The notes under the pieces were generated by a model. It worked only from the letters and a program-made list of their open reading frames with translations. It was not told the origin of the DNA and did not search any database. The position numbers and the translations under genes were made by a program. Below, one piece after another: positions 40,744 through 51,130 of a stretch of 56,145 nt of DNA (position 1 is its first letter; every line of letters begins with the position of its first letter). The DNA is taken from contig NW_019029009.1 in NCBI RefSeq assembly GCF_002105155.1, forward strand, positions 434,001 to 490,145, written 5' to 3'. This stretch comes from Lobosporangium transversale (lineage: Eukaryota).

Positions 40744-41194
40744 GTTCTTTGCGCAATAAAGATTGTCACGTCACAATGACCCAGAAAATGGCACGTGGCT
40801 GATTTGAAAAAAATATTTTCTCACACATCGCCTAACCTTGAAATAAAGGAACAAATTTATCAGTTGTCGCTCCTTCTTTCCTTTGCTTCACTTCATTTTT
40901 TCACTCTCTCCCTCTTCCTTTACCCTTTTTTTTTTCACTTTTTTCATATTTCACCCCAGTTTTGCTCCCATCAATTTTGCTCTTTTATTTATTCCAAGCC
41001 TTCATCTATTGCCTTTCCTTTCCTTTCCTTTCCTTTCCTTTCCTTTCCTTTCCTTTTTTTTGCCTTACACATTTTTCATTTTTGTTTTCATACAGCGACC
41101 ACGAGTGTGAAAGAGTAAGAATATACCTTTGCCTATTTAACCATCATTCTCCCTGCATTTCAACCACACTCAGTCCCACTCATCTTAATTTTCA

Positions 41195-43656
41195 ATGGCC
41201 ACCACAAGGAGCTCAACACAAAAAACCATGGCTGCAAATGATTCCACAGAGAGCCAAGCACAAAAAAAAATGACTGCAAATAAGCCTGAGGATGCCTCCA
41301 CACTCAATAAACGAAAAAGAGTAAACCAGCACCCACAACGAAAAAAGCGCGCCATCCCACTGCTACTGCTGAACTGCGTTGTCGAGGGAGAAGCAACGTC
41401 GTTCCCAGTAGAGATTTTCTGCGATAAATCGGTCGGGATGCTCAAGCAAGCAATCTACCCCAATATTACTGTGGATCCAAGCATTAAGCCCAAAGATCTC
41501 ACCCTCTACAAGGTCTCCATCCCTGACAAAGGCGAGGCCATCTTTGAGTCAGAAATCGAGTCAAAAGAGGCTCTCACAATCGCGTCAATGGAGCTTTGGG
41601 AGATATTTAATTCTGAACTTCCAAGGAAAACTATCCATGTTTTTGTCAAGCCACCACAGCGAGGTATATCCTTGGCTCTTGATGGACTGATTGTTGATAT
41701 TTTCAGCTGATGAAGCTTGGTTTGTATCTTAAACGGCCATGTGCATAATATCACCATTTGGTTTGTGTCTTGATAACTCAACGTTCTTTCTCATTATTCG
41801 CTTTTGATACTTAGGTCAGAAAAGAAAACAAGATGGAGATTCTGGTGAGTGCTTTTGGCCGAGAATCTGGTTATTGATCAATTCAGAGTGATGTGCAGTG
41901 CAATAAATCAAAAATATTAACTTTGATCACTCTATCTCCTTTAGCAGAGTCACCCTCTAAAAAAGCTCATCCAAGTATAAGTAGCAGAAGTGCTCTTAGG
42001 GATGCGATTACAGAAGCAGGGCTTGTAACGAAAGGGATAGTGAATGGTAGCCCTGTAATCTCGCCTCTAAACTCGAAAGAGAGGGTCAAGCTGCTTTCGT
42101 ACATGGGGAAGGAGTTATCAGGAGATAGTATTTACTGCAGCATTATTAGCGTGGCTTGCGAGCTCCGAAATTCTGGTGGTATCAAGGATTCCAAAATATT
42201 GACTGCCCCTGAGGGTCGTATCTTCCCTATTGCTAAAACAAGGCATCTTTATATCAGAGATGAATATAAAGAGCTTTATGACCATATTACATCCAAATTA
42301 AGTACCCCTCATGAAGTATCTCGTTTGAACCGACTCTTTATCACTGGAACGCCTGGAATTGGGAAGTCAGCCTTTTTGGTCTATTTTGCCATCCGCCTCC
42401 TTGCCGAACACGATGAGGAAAATCCACCGATTATTATTTTCCATGAGAAGCAGAGTACCGAATGTTATGCCTACGGAGGAACAACTTGCCGACGTTATGG
42501 GGAGAGAGTAGATTTCAAAAATTTCCTTGACCAACGTGAAACGTGGTATTTAGTTGATAGTGGTAAAAATCCTCAACCAGGTGAAGCCAGGACGATATTT
42601 TCAGCATCGCCAAGAACTCTCTATGGGCAATACGATGAACTCACCAAGGAAAATACACCAAATAGCTACTATCACATGTCACTCTGGAGTCTGGATGAGC
42701 TTAAGGAATGTAGAGCCAATGTAAAGTTTTTTCATGTAGTGAGTGAAGCATTTTTGGAGGAGCTTTTTTACGACTTGGGGGGCGTGCCAAGACAGGTTCT
42801 ACAGGCTCCAGCCGACGTACTATCCGATAATCAAAAATATACTGAGCGTGCTAAAAAAGCTGCGTTTCTCCGCGTCAACGATGCCATTAGTACACTCGAG
42901 AAACCAGCAGATCTTCTAAGCCTCTTTGCACGAGGAAAAGATGCGAGTGGATTTAGTTGTTTACTCCATAGAGTCCCCACTTCTGACCATCTCGACTTCT
43001 ACCTGGTGTGGGCATCTCGTTGGGTCGAATCACAGATTATGGACAAAATAAAGGATGACACGTGGGTCGATGTGTTGGCGAGACTTGTCACAGGCGGAGA
43101 GGATATAGATAAAGGCCCACTGTTTGAAATCTATGCTCATCACTTATTTCGACGTGGTGATATTAGATTTCCCTTTAGGGATCTCCAGTCAGGCGAAACA
43201 GGATTTCTTGATTTTCCAGCAAATCCAGAAGAGGTGTTTATCCGGACTTCAAAGGAATTATCAGGGCTTACTCAAGCAGCTGGCAAGTTGTTTGTACCAG
43301 AACATTCTAAATTTCCGTGCATTGATTTTGCATTGGGACCCAACAAGCTATTTCAGGTCACAGTATCAGAGGAGCATCCGATCAAGCAAGCACCATTCAA
43401 GGAGATAATTGATTGTATTACTGGACCCTTGAAGGGAGACCAATCAAAGTCGAAGGGAAGTGATGATATTTTCCTCTATTTTGTGGTGCCAGGAGACGTA
43501 TATGGCGATTTTAAAGTTCAGAACTTTCTTACCGCCAGAAATACGGTCGTCAAGAATCCATATAAATGCTTAAAACATGTAAGACAGCGTGTCATAAAAA
43601 TCGACATCGAAGCTGCATATTCAGGAGGATCAGCCGGTACGAATCTGAAGAATTAA
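41195..43656 (+). CDS. CRN: Crinkler (CRN) effector copy B; exons 41195-41663, 41815-41844, 41945-43656; ~736 aa
   Basis: Same architecture and motifs as copy A. 30-nt micro-exon (GQKRKQDGDS); TAG-CAG tandem acceptor at intron 2. Basic NLS-like NKRKR and RKKR. Confidence 0.9.
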
Positions 43657-45165
43657 ATCGAATAGCAATCAAGTGGATGAAACTTTGTCTTTAAAAAAAA
43701 GCATTATACCCGTTCCTTGAGGATTTTTTACAATGGTTCATTCTTTATGAATGAAGCCATCATTATCCACTTACCTTCTAGACGAATAAATAGAGCGGTT
43801 TAATCCGTCCTCCCTTCTACTGGGGCATTTAGAACTTTATAAAGCTGTGATCATTGTGCGATCTTGTGTGCAAGAAAAGGCAGGATTTTGTGATACTATT
43901 ATCAAAGAGTTTTGTAAAAACGGATAGAGATGAAGAATCCTGTGGAGAACCCAGTGAGAGTCTGATGATGAGACCCAAAATCATATTATTATCACCAGGA
44001 CAGCTGGCATAGGAAATTATTCTTTCTCGTATGCTTTGTTATCTGGATGCTTGCCACTTGCGGAAGACCTATCAATTATCATCATCCAGGGCGCCAAAAC
44101 GTTTACCGGGAGCTAGGATGACAGCTCCACTCTAAAGACATAAATGTCCCATGGTGCGCGTGCACGGGATGGCAACCTGTGGCCAATGAGATCATATTAG
44201 TTGTATGTTCGGCCAATTCAATGTCAGTATGTGAAGGCGGCGCGTCTTGAATCTCTAGGCGTCCAGGGACATGGAATAAAAAAACATCAAGAATTTGGCC
44301 AAGGCTGCCACGCGCTTGACCGGTAAAATGTGATACGATATTGGATTGTGTCGTCAGTATATTAATAGTTCTCGGTATATTAATGCTACATGCTGCTGCT
44401 GAGGGCATCAATCTCGCCAGAATCATCCCCTCTCACATCAATTCATGCTAGACGGATGAAAGATTAGGAGGAAAAGGTCCTTGATGTCTGGGATATCCAC
44501 GCTTGTTTATAATCTCACCAAAAGTTCTGTGTCTTGCGTTCATAGGCGGTTAATCGCAGTTTGGTTTTCGTATACCCCTTGAAGAACGTAAGCAAAAATG
44601 CCTTTATGTTTTATATTTGATACTCATCAATTTACTTGTCCGAAGGTAGAATGACGCCTAGCCAATGGATGCTATATGCTTGGTCCTGTGGTCGTCTCCG
44701 TCCAATGATCACTATAATAGAGAACGTCATTGGACGTGCCGATGCAGGCCTTTGGAAGCAAGAAATCAAGGGCCTGGTGTGGTCGCTCACTGATCCGGGA
44801 TATAAAGAATCTGGTAACCTATGCCATGAGTAATCTAGAATTCTGAAGCGTATTAACAAAGGGGATGCAGGAATTAAAACCAGTGTCGACATCAGGGAAA
44901 CCTTCGGTCGAGCCGTAAAGAATGAATAGATTACTATATAGTAAAGACTTGATATTGGAGTACAATGAGCCTGTTCCGTCGAGGTTTCGTTTGCTTGAAT
45001 TGTCGTTAATCAAAGGAAGAAGGAGTTTACAATTATCGTTGAGCCAATATCATTTATAGCAGCAATTAACTTGTTTGAAGTGGATGACCCTTGATTGGCT
45101 AAATTGGTTAATAGTGTGTTGCTAGACGCCCCTACGTCTGGCACAAAGGGCACACATTATGAGTA

Positions 45166-47507
45166 GAGTCCTCGCCAAAAAGTCATAAACTGGATATATT
45201 TTTCAGGCTTTTAAATTGAATAGAATACTTCCACTTTTAGACGCAGGAAAAATACGTACAAACTCAAAATTTTAATTTTTACGAGAGCGTTTTCGATTGA
45301 TAAGAGGCTCGTCCTCAGACTCGCTATCCTCTATCACATTAAACATGCTTCCAGCATCTAGCGTAAGATCCACTATCTCAGGGCCTAGGGTAACAGCTTC
45401 AGCTCGCTCTTGATTTAGTACTCTAATGAGTTCTGCATCCCACTCACTATTGTCGACTTTGAAAGTGTCACTAAGGTCCACAATAGGCTCGTTTTCATCA
45501 AAAACCTCTTGATAAACCTCTTCGACTATTTCTTCCTGTGCATGACTCCTCTCGTTATAGTATCTCATGCCAATTTTCACAGACTTCTTCCATACAGAGT
45601 AAAAGACTTTACACGGAATCTGGGAAAACAAGCTTAGTAGCCTTTTTTTCAGCAAGATGGATGTCATTGTCACCATTGCTCTCGAGGCAATTATGTTTTT
45701 CACAACTGCCCAGATCTTCTCAATAGGTTGTAGCTCGCAATGGTAGGGTGGAGTCTTGAGGATTTCATGTCCACCATTCTCCTGGGCTATTTTACTGATA
45801 GAGAAATACGACTCATCAGGAAGAGCGTTAACCAATTCCATAAGCTCGTTTTTGTTCAGTGCTTTTCCATTTTCCCTTGTTGGAATAACAATCTCCTTGC
45901 CCGTGAGCCACTCTTTGATAGTTTTCACAGTGTCGCTCTTGGTTGGTTTCCTGTTTTTCTTGTGAAAGTGATATGAAGCGCCATCAAGATGGATTTTACA
46001 AGGGCCAAGTCCCATCTTATTGAGATTCTCACAAAGTCGCTTAAAGATACTATCGAACAAACTAGCGTTGAAGTTTCCATGATAATCGTGATCTGTTGCC
46101 ACGACCCCTGCATTCCTGATCTCCTCAGGTACGTCATCCCACAGTTCAGCCTCCTGCTCTTGGCCTTTTTTTGATTGAGGCATTGGTCCCTTTGATGGCC
46201 AAACATACACGCTATCATTAACGAATTTGCCTTCAACCTTTTTAGCAGCTTCATCATAATATACAATGAAGGCTGCAAATATAACCATGATTGGTTTCCT
46301 TCCTGCATCGTTAATGACACCACCGCCACTTTGCACCCAACGTCTTGCTGCAGCATGGTCAATGTGGCAGTAAGACTCGTCCAAGAAGACCTCTGGAGTC
46401 CTAGGCACCCAACTGCCGTCTACTAGTTTTAAATTCTTAAGACGGCGCTTCAGGTAAGTAGCTCGGAAGGCAATATTCTCCTTGGAGTCGTGCAAAAAGT
46501 TCTGTCGGATCCCTTTGCCCCAATACAGTCCCATTTTACGGAGGTCGCGAGTGATTGATCTTGCTGATCTGTCGATTTCAAAGTCTTCTTTCAGTTGGTT
46601 TGCAATTAAACCCGCAGAATTAGGAGTCCCGCTCTTGTTTGATTCAACTATGATATTCAGCACCTTCGAGTTTAAATCCTTGTCCGCTTCTTTTTTAGGG
46701 CGTCCAGTTCTTCCTCGCCCTGTCATTTCGACGATGCCTGTTTGTGCATATTTAATTGCTGCCACACAAGTGTTTCTCCCTACACCCATCAGAATCGAAA
46801 GGTCCATTGCTCTGTTGTCTGTCTTCTTAAACCAGTCTTGGACTGCTGGTGGCGCATTCATTATAGCATTATATGTATGAGCTATTATCGCGTATTCGTC
46901 TTTAGTAACGGACGCTTTACTGCGTGTAAATGCCTTTTTTCTCTCTCCAGTTTGTTTGTCTGACAAGAATGGATTTAAATCGAGGGTATTGGGACGCTCA
47001 CCGAATTGCTCTAATGAGGTAGAACTCCTTGGCTCGTTTCTGGGAGGAGTAATCCATTGATATTCGGTAGGAGACCTAATAGGGGAGAGATCGGCTTCAG
47101 TGGGCAGTTGTGGCGATCTTCGAGGCGAAGTGAAGGGTGTGCCTGAAATCATTTGGTCGATATTTCCTTCGCTATACCAACCACCAAGATCGTTGTATGA
47201 GAGTAGGTTATTGATATCAAAAGGGAAAGACATTTTACTATCTGAAGATTGCGAATAAAGTAGGTTGACAATGAGGATGAGATCGAGAATGAGATTGAGA
47301 ATGATGTTGCCCATTTCTCGCAAATTCTAATATTTCTAATTAAAAACGAAGATTGAATTGGTTTGGTGGCCATGCATCTAATTCATTCCTTCTATTCAAA
47401 AAATATATGCATTTTTGTCTTCGTACGTAAATTTTTATTTTTCAAATTTTTAATTCAAATTGAGTATTGTAAAATATATCCAGTTTATGACTTTTTGGCG
47501 AGGACTC
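45166..47507 (-). mobile_element. Intact IS630-Tc1-mariner DNA transposon, Sailor-like (DD87E), 2342 bp
   Basis: Perfect 37-bp TIRs GAGTCCTCGCCAAAAAGTCATAAACTGGATATATTTT (45166-45202 / 47471-47507). TA TSD at 45164-45165 and 47508-47509. One uninterrupted transposase ORF. Confidence 0.92.
45272..47314 (-). CDS. DDE transposase (ATG at 47314 or 47233)
   Basis: VFLDESY, IHLDGASYH and TPPYHCELQPIEKIW. 87 residues between the second D and E (hand count). GRPKK AT-hook-like linker; C-terminal RKRSRK. Confidence 0.92.
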   Translation of the reverse strand: MGNIILNLILDLILIVNLLYSQSSDSKMSFPFDINNLLSYNDLGGWYSEGNIDQMISGTPFTSPRRSPQLPTEADLSPIRSPTEYQWITPPRNEPRSSTSLEQFGERPNTLDLNPFLSDKQTGERKKAFTRSKASVTKDEYAIIAHTYNAIMNAPPAVQDWFKKTDNRAMDLSILMGVGRNTCVAAIKYAQTGIVEMTGRGRTGRPKKEADKDLNSKVLNIIVESNKSGTPNSAGLIANQLKEDFEIDRSARSITRDLRKMGLYWGKGIRQNFLHDSKENIAFRATYLKRRLKNLKLVDGSWVPRTPEVFLDESYCHIDHAAARRWVQSGGGVINDAGRKPIMVIFAAFIVYYDEAAKKVEGKFVNDSVYVWPSKGPMPQSKKGQEQEAELWDDVPEEIRNAGVVATDHDYHGNFNASLFDSIFKRLCENLNKMGLGPCKIHLDGASYHFHKKNRKPTKSDTVKTIKEWLTGKEIVIPTRENGKALNKNELMELVNALPDESYFSISKIAQENGGHEILKTPPYHCELQPIEKIWAVVKNIIASRAMVTMTSILLKKRLLSLFSQIPCKVFYSVWKKSVKIGMRYYNERSHAQEEIVEEVYQEVFDENEPIVDLSDTFKVDNSEWDAELIRVLNQERAEAVTLGPEIVDLTLDAGSMFNVIEDSESEDEPLINRKRSRKN

Positions 47508-48049
47508 TACTCACTGTAACAAAGACTCCATACATGAATCCAAGTTAATCTCGCTTTTTTTTGTTTTGTTTCCAAAAGAGAACCCATCTGGACCAGATAT
47601 CATTTTTGTATTAGAATCGGAGGGTAAATATTATCCTGGTTCCGTACAGTCAAAAATCGGCGAGAAGGTCAAGAATTAAGGATGCCCACAATACAACTTG
47701 CCATAATTGCATCAAAGAACACCTCTCATCACCGTCTTCTCTCGGCTTTTGCTCGAATGGCATATCCTTGTTGCTGTTGTTTAGGCCTTACTTATCACGT
47801 TGCCTTATCATGTTGCCTTATCACGAACAGGGTGATTATTCGCTAGCTAAAGTCAAAGAAGTTCCTACCATCAAAGACAAACGAATAGAAACGACGTACT
47901 CAATATTAGCTTGTTGAACTTCCTTGAAAGTGCAAGGGAGTCCCTCAAGAAGTCAGAATTGACTCGAGCTGTGGAGGATGAGGGAGAAGGAAGCAAGCCC
48001 AAAGAACCACAGGCAAGGAGGACATCAAAGAGAATTGCCGATAAAGCTC

Positions 48050-48535
48050 AAGCTATGGAGCATCGCCCTAGCTCATGGAATATGAGTCCAACGTTTTCAA
48101 GAAGTTTGGGGCTCCTCTTCCAGTTTATGTTTGCGTAGTCTTCATCAGTCAGGTCTTCACCGGCTGCCTTTAAAACACGCCGTGTTAAAGAACCCTTGTG
48201 AAAGTTTCAATCCCTGGCTGAGATCTTCTTCATCTACGTCAGACTGCTGCTATCTCTTCGTCTGGATTGTGCCATAGGCAAGTGGATTCAGAACAAGGCC
48301 ATTGGTAGAATCGTCCCTTTGAGTTTGAACCGAGTTATACCTTTGTCTTGTGCCTGTAGGGGTACCTTGTCTCGATAGCCATGAAACATGCGATCTCCTT
48401 CAATGTCACAAAGAGAGCCTGTATCTAGACCTCTTTTGTTCCCTGTACACATTCAAACACTGCAGCCTTGGGAGGATTGTCGAGAGGATGTCAGTTAGAA
48501 CGTGTTCAGACAGATACACATACCGAGGGGGGACG
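48050..48535 (-). pseudogene. Fanzor remnant 2 (pre-RuvC segment)
   Basis: Across frameshifts: RYVYLSEHVLTDIL...RFKLKGTI/TNGLVLNPLAYGT...NINWKRSPKLLENVGLIF. Matches RKLRTSFFTNGLTLTLLAYDT...GINWKQRSRLLENVEVKY of the + strand copy. Confidence 0.7.
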
Positions 48536-48546
48536 TAAGGAAGTCT

Positions 48547-48577
<31 letters not shown>

Positions 48578-49399
48578 CATTCCATTGTTCTCTGGCAAGA
48601 AAAGCTCATCGAACAATAAAAAAATAGAGAGCTTTAATAGAGAGCAATCGACTGCAGAATATGCATGAGGATTCTCTACACAAAGTTATATCTTTGTGCT
48701 CCTGTGGTGAATACATGGGTAGATTTGACTCGGTCTGTAGGAACTGATTTGAAACAGGTGGCTACATCCTTGTCAAAGGTAACAACAAAAGAAAAAAAGT
48801 CTTCTTTCTTCTTTTTATCAGAGAATGGCTTCATATGATGCTCTTTGCTCCAACAGCTCCACCAATGGAAAGGCTTGTGTTTTAGCAAAATGTGTTTGTG
48901 CATGTACAGAAACAAAAGAGATGCTTCAGCTGCTTATTCGTGCACACAGTGATTGACGAACAAAAAAGGAAAAAGCCCGCGATAAAAGAAGGCATATGCA
49001 GACAACAAATAAACAAACTGTTTGCTCACATACATTTTTTTCACCGTTGTGTCTGTAACTCTTCTAAGCTTTCTGTCTGGCCGTTTAACACAAGGAACCC
49101 TCAGAAAAAGAAATACCTCGCATGATTGGTGCCAGGTCTGAAAACAACAATAATGCAATGCTGTACGTGGAAGATAGGGTCTAGAAACTATACCATTGAT
49201 CACAACTGCTACTCATGCTCTCTTGCCAAGGACTTGAACAGGCATACCAACCCCTTCTTCCTTGCTCTCATAACCGCTCACATCCTTTCGATGCATTCTT
49301 TCGCCGTTTATGTCCACTACATCTGAACCACACACAGTTCACCACTCACTCCAACAGAGATATTTGTATCACCTTGGGTATGATATGTTGCTGTGGTTC

Positions 49400-51021
49400 C
49401 CTCTGGTTTCAACAGGCCCAACAAACTCTATTAGCAGTGTTTATCAACCCAAATACATCAAGGGAACGCAAGAAGACGAGTAGGCAAATGATGCGACAAA
49501 TCAAGTCTCGTCGAGCTGTACAGAAAAAGATCAAGTTAGTCAGGCTGTAGAACGAATCAACTCAGATTGCCTCAATCATACGACGAATATTATCATCACT
49601 ATATCACATCAATCAATCAATAAACGATACAATGAGGCCCCCCAAGCGGACAATGGAGTCATGCGAAAGTCTTCATGAGTATTATGGTCTAACCCAACAG
49701 TTCGAGAGGAAATAGTCCAATTGTTGGAACTAAACATGAGTACCAAGGGGGCTGCAGAGGACAAGATCCTTAACCACAAGGGGATATTGTTGCAGGAGCT
49801 GTTTTCCTTGAAAGGATACAAGGACGTTGGACTGCAACCTGATGATGGCCCTAGAAGGAAACTACGGACATCGTTCTTTACAAACGGCCTTACCCTAACA
49901 CTTCTTGCCTATGACACATCGAAGCAAAAAAGAGGTAGAGGTTCGCAAGCTGCCCAACCTTCGGATACTCAAAGATCTCAAGCAGTCCAGGCTTCTTCAA
50001 GTGCTCAGCAGGGATCCTCGTCTTCAGGCCATGGTGCAGGCGATGGTGGTGATGATGGAGACGACGACGGAAATGAAGATGACGATATCTTGCTGGGTAT
50101 CAGCGATATTGACTTGCTGGAAGTTGATGAACCATTCTTAGATGGCGACGAGGGAGAAGAAGCAGCTGAAGAAGGTACATCGAGCACAAATCCACTGTCC
50201 CCGGTGAGTCCCAGTCCCCGGCGTGGGATCAACTGGAAGCAGAGATCCCGTCTCCTCGAGAATGTAGAAGTTAAATATGACACCCAGGCAGCATGGGACC
50301 AGTGACGACAATAAGGAGACTATATATAGGGCGCTTGTCGATTTCTATAATGACGGGTGGTTTGTTCGGAATAGCTGGGATAATAGAAAAGCACAGAACG
50401 GATGGGTTGATTATGTGATCAAGGCAATTCTGAAGCTTGCGGGCGGAAGCAATGGAAGAAGAAGAGATGCCAATACGAATGCGGTGATCTGTATTGGACT
50501 AGGATCATTCAAGACAAACCGAGGACAAGTATCGAAGCATGGGATATTGATGAAGAAGCTTGTTGAAAAGGTAAAAAAAAAATCCCTTGATCAATGACAT
50601 TTAATTTTTGAGTCTTTTTTTTAACGAGTATTAAATCTGGCTCGAACAGGCAAAATCTCTAGACTACCCCATTGCAGGTTGTCATGAATACTACACATCT
50701 GCCAAGTGTCCACGGCCTCACTGCGACAGTATATTGGAGAATGTTCCTTTTCGATCCAAGTACTGTCGAAATTGTAAAGCATACTTTGATCGAGATGCTG
50801 TTGGTGCTGAGAACATCGCAAGGGTCTGTGAGTCGCAGACAAGAGAGCAAAAACGACCTGCAAAAATATATGCCGCCGGACGAATGTGGGACACACATCC
50901 TTGGGTGTATATCGATCTATATCAATATCTATATGTCAATCAATGTCTACTATGTCTATACATATCACATCGCGTCAATCAAGATGTATTATCTCGATCC
51001 CTCCATCTCAAATGGATATAG
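49400..51021 (+). pseudogene. Fanzor1-like (TnpB/IS605-OrfB family) RNA-guided nuclease remnant 3; intron 50571-50649; RuvC-I region deleted near 50300
   Basis: SFFTNG motif. VICIGLGSFKT...SKHGILMKKLVEK|AKSLDYPIAGCHEYYTSAKCPRPHC...RSKYCRNCKAYFDRDAVGAENIARV, i.e. RuvC-II E (50686), a four-Cys zinc finger and the RuvC-III DRD..GAENI motif. 5' limit approximate. Confidence 0.85.
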
Positions 51022-51130
51022 CCCGTTCCATTTGGTCGCGATCCCTTATATTTTTTGAATACTCTTAAATGTAATGGCAGCCAATTGACTCGCTTGTTAT
51101 TGCAAGTGGTGTGACTGGTCATTAAAATTA
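50960..51130 (+). ncRNA. Candidate Fanzor omegaRNA scaffold / element right end
   Basis: Lies at the 3' end of the Fanzor ORF. Stems ATCGCG(50969)/CGCGAT(51037), CAAATGGA(51009)/TCCATTTG(51027), and an imperfect hairpin 51072-51124. Positional and structural inference only. Confidence 0.35.

Larger units (their letters stand above)
37623..43775. repeat. ~6.15 kb palindrome: arms 37623-40698 and 40743-43775, each carrying a CRN gene
   Basis: The arms are reverse complements. Header, introns and NTPase are nearly identical; promoter and REase are more diverged. Spacer ~45 bp. Confidence 0.95.
44636..47880 (+). pseudogene. Decayed CRN-type NTPase-REase gene of a different family, split by the Sailor-like transposon
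   Basis: CGRLRPMITIIENVI...GNLCHE*...IVEPISFIAAINLFEVDDP*...SGTKGTHYE[insertion]YSL*...PSGPDIIFVLESEGKYYPGSVQSK (GPD...QxK REase-like). Multiple stops. Boundaries approximate. Confidence 0.6.

Noticed and set aside
37623..43775. Palindrome as a fold-back sequencing artefact
   Set aside because: The arms differ by in-frame indels, a MITE and microsatellite length, and some B variants are shared with copy C. Both ORFs stay intact. Read-level confirmation is still desirable.
43962..43980. CTGATGA as a hammerhead core
   Set aside because: No properly placed GAAA or supporting stems.
45160..45165. 43-bp TIR with no TSD for the transposon
   Set aside because: More simply a 37-bp TIR plus TA TSD within a palindromic target; this reading also restores the host reading frame.
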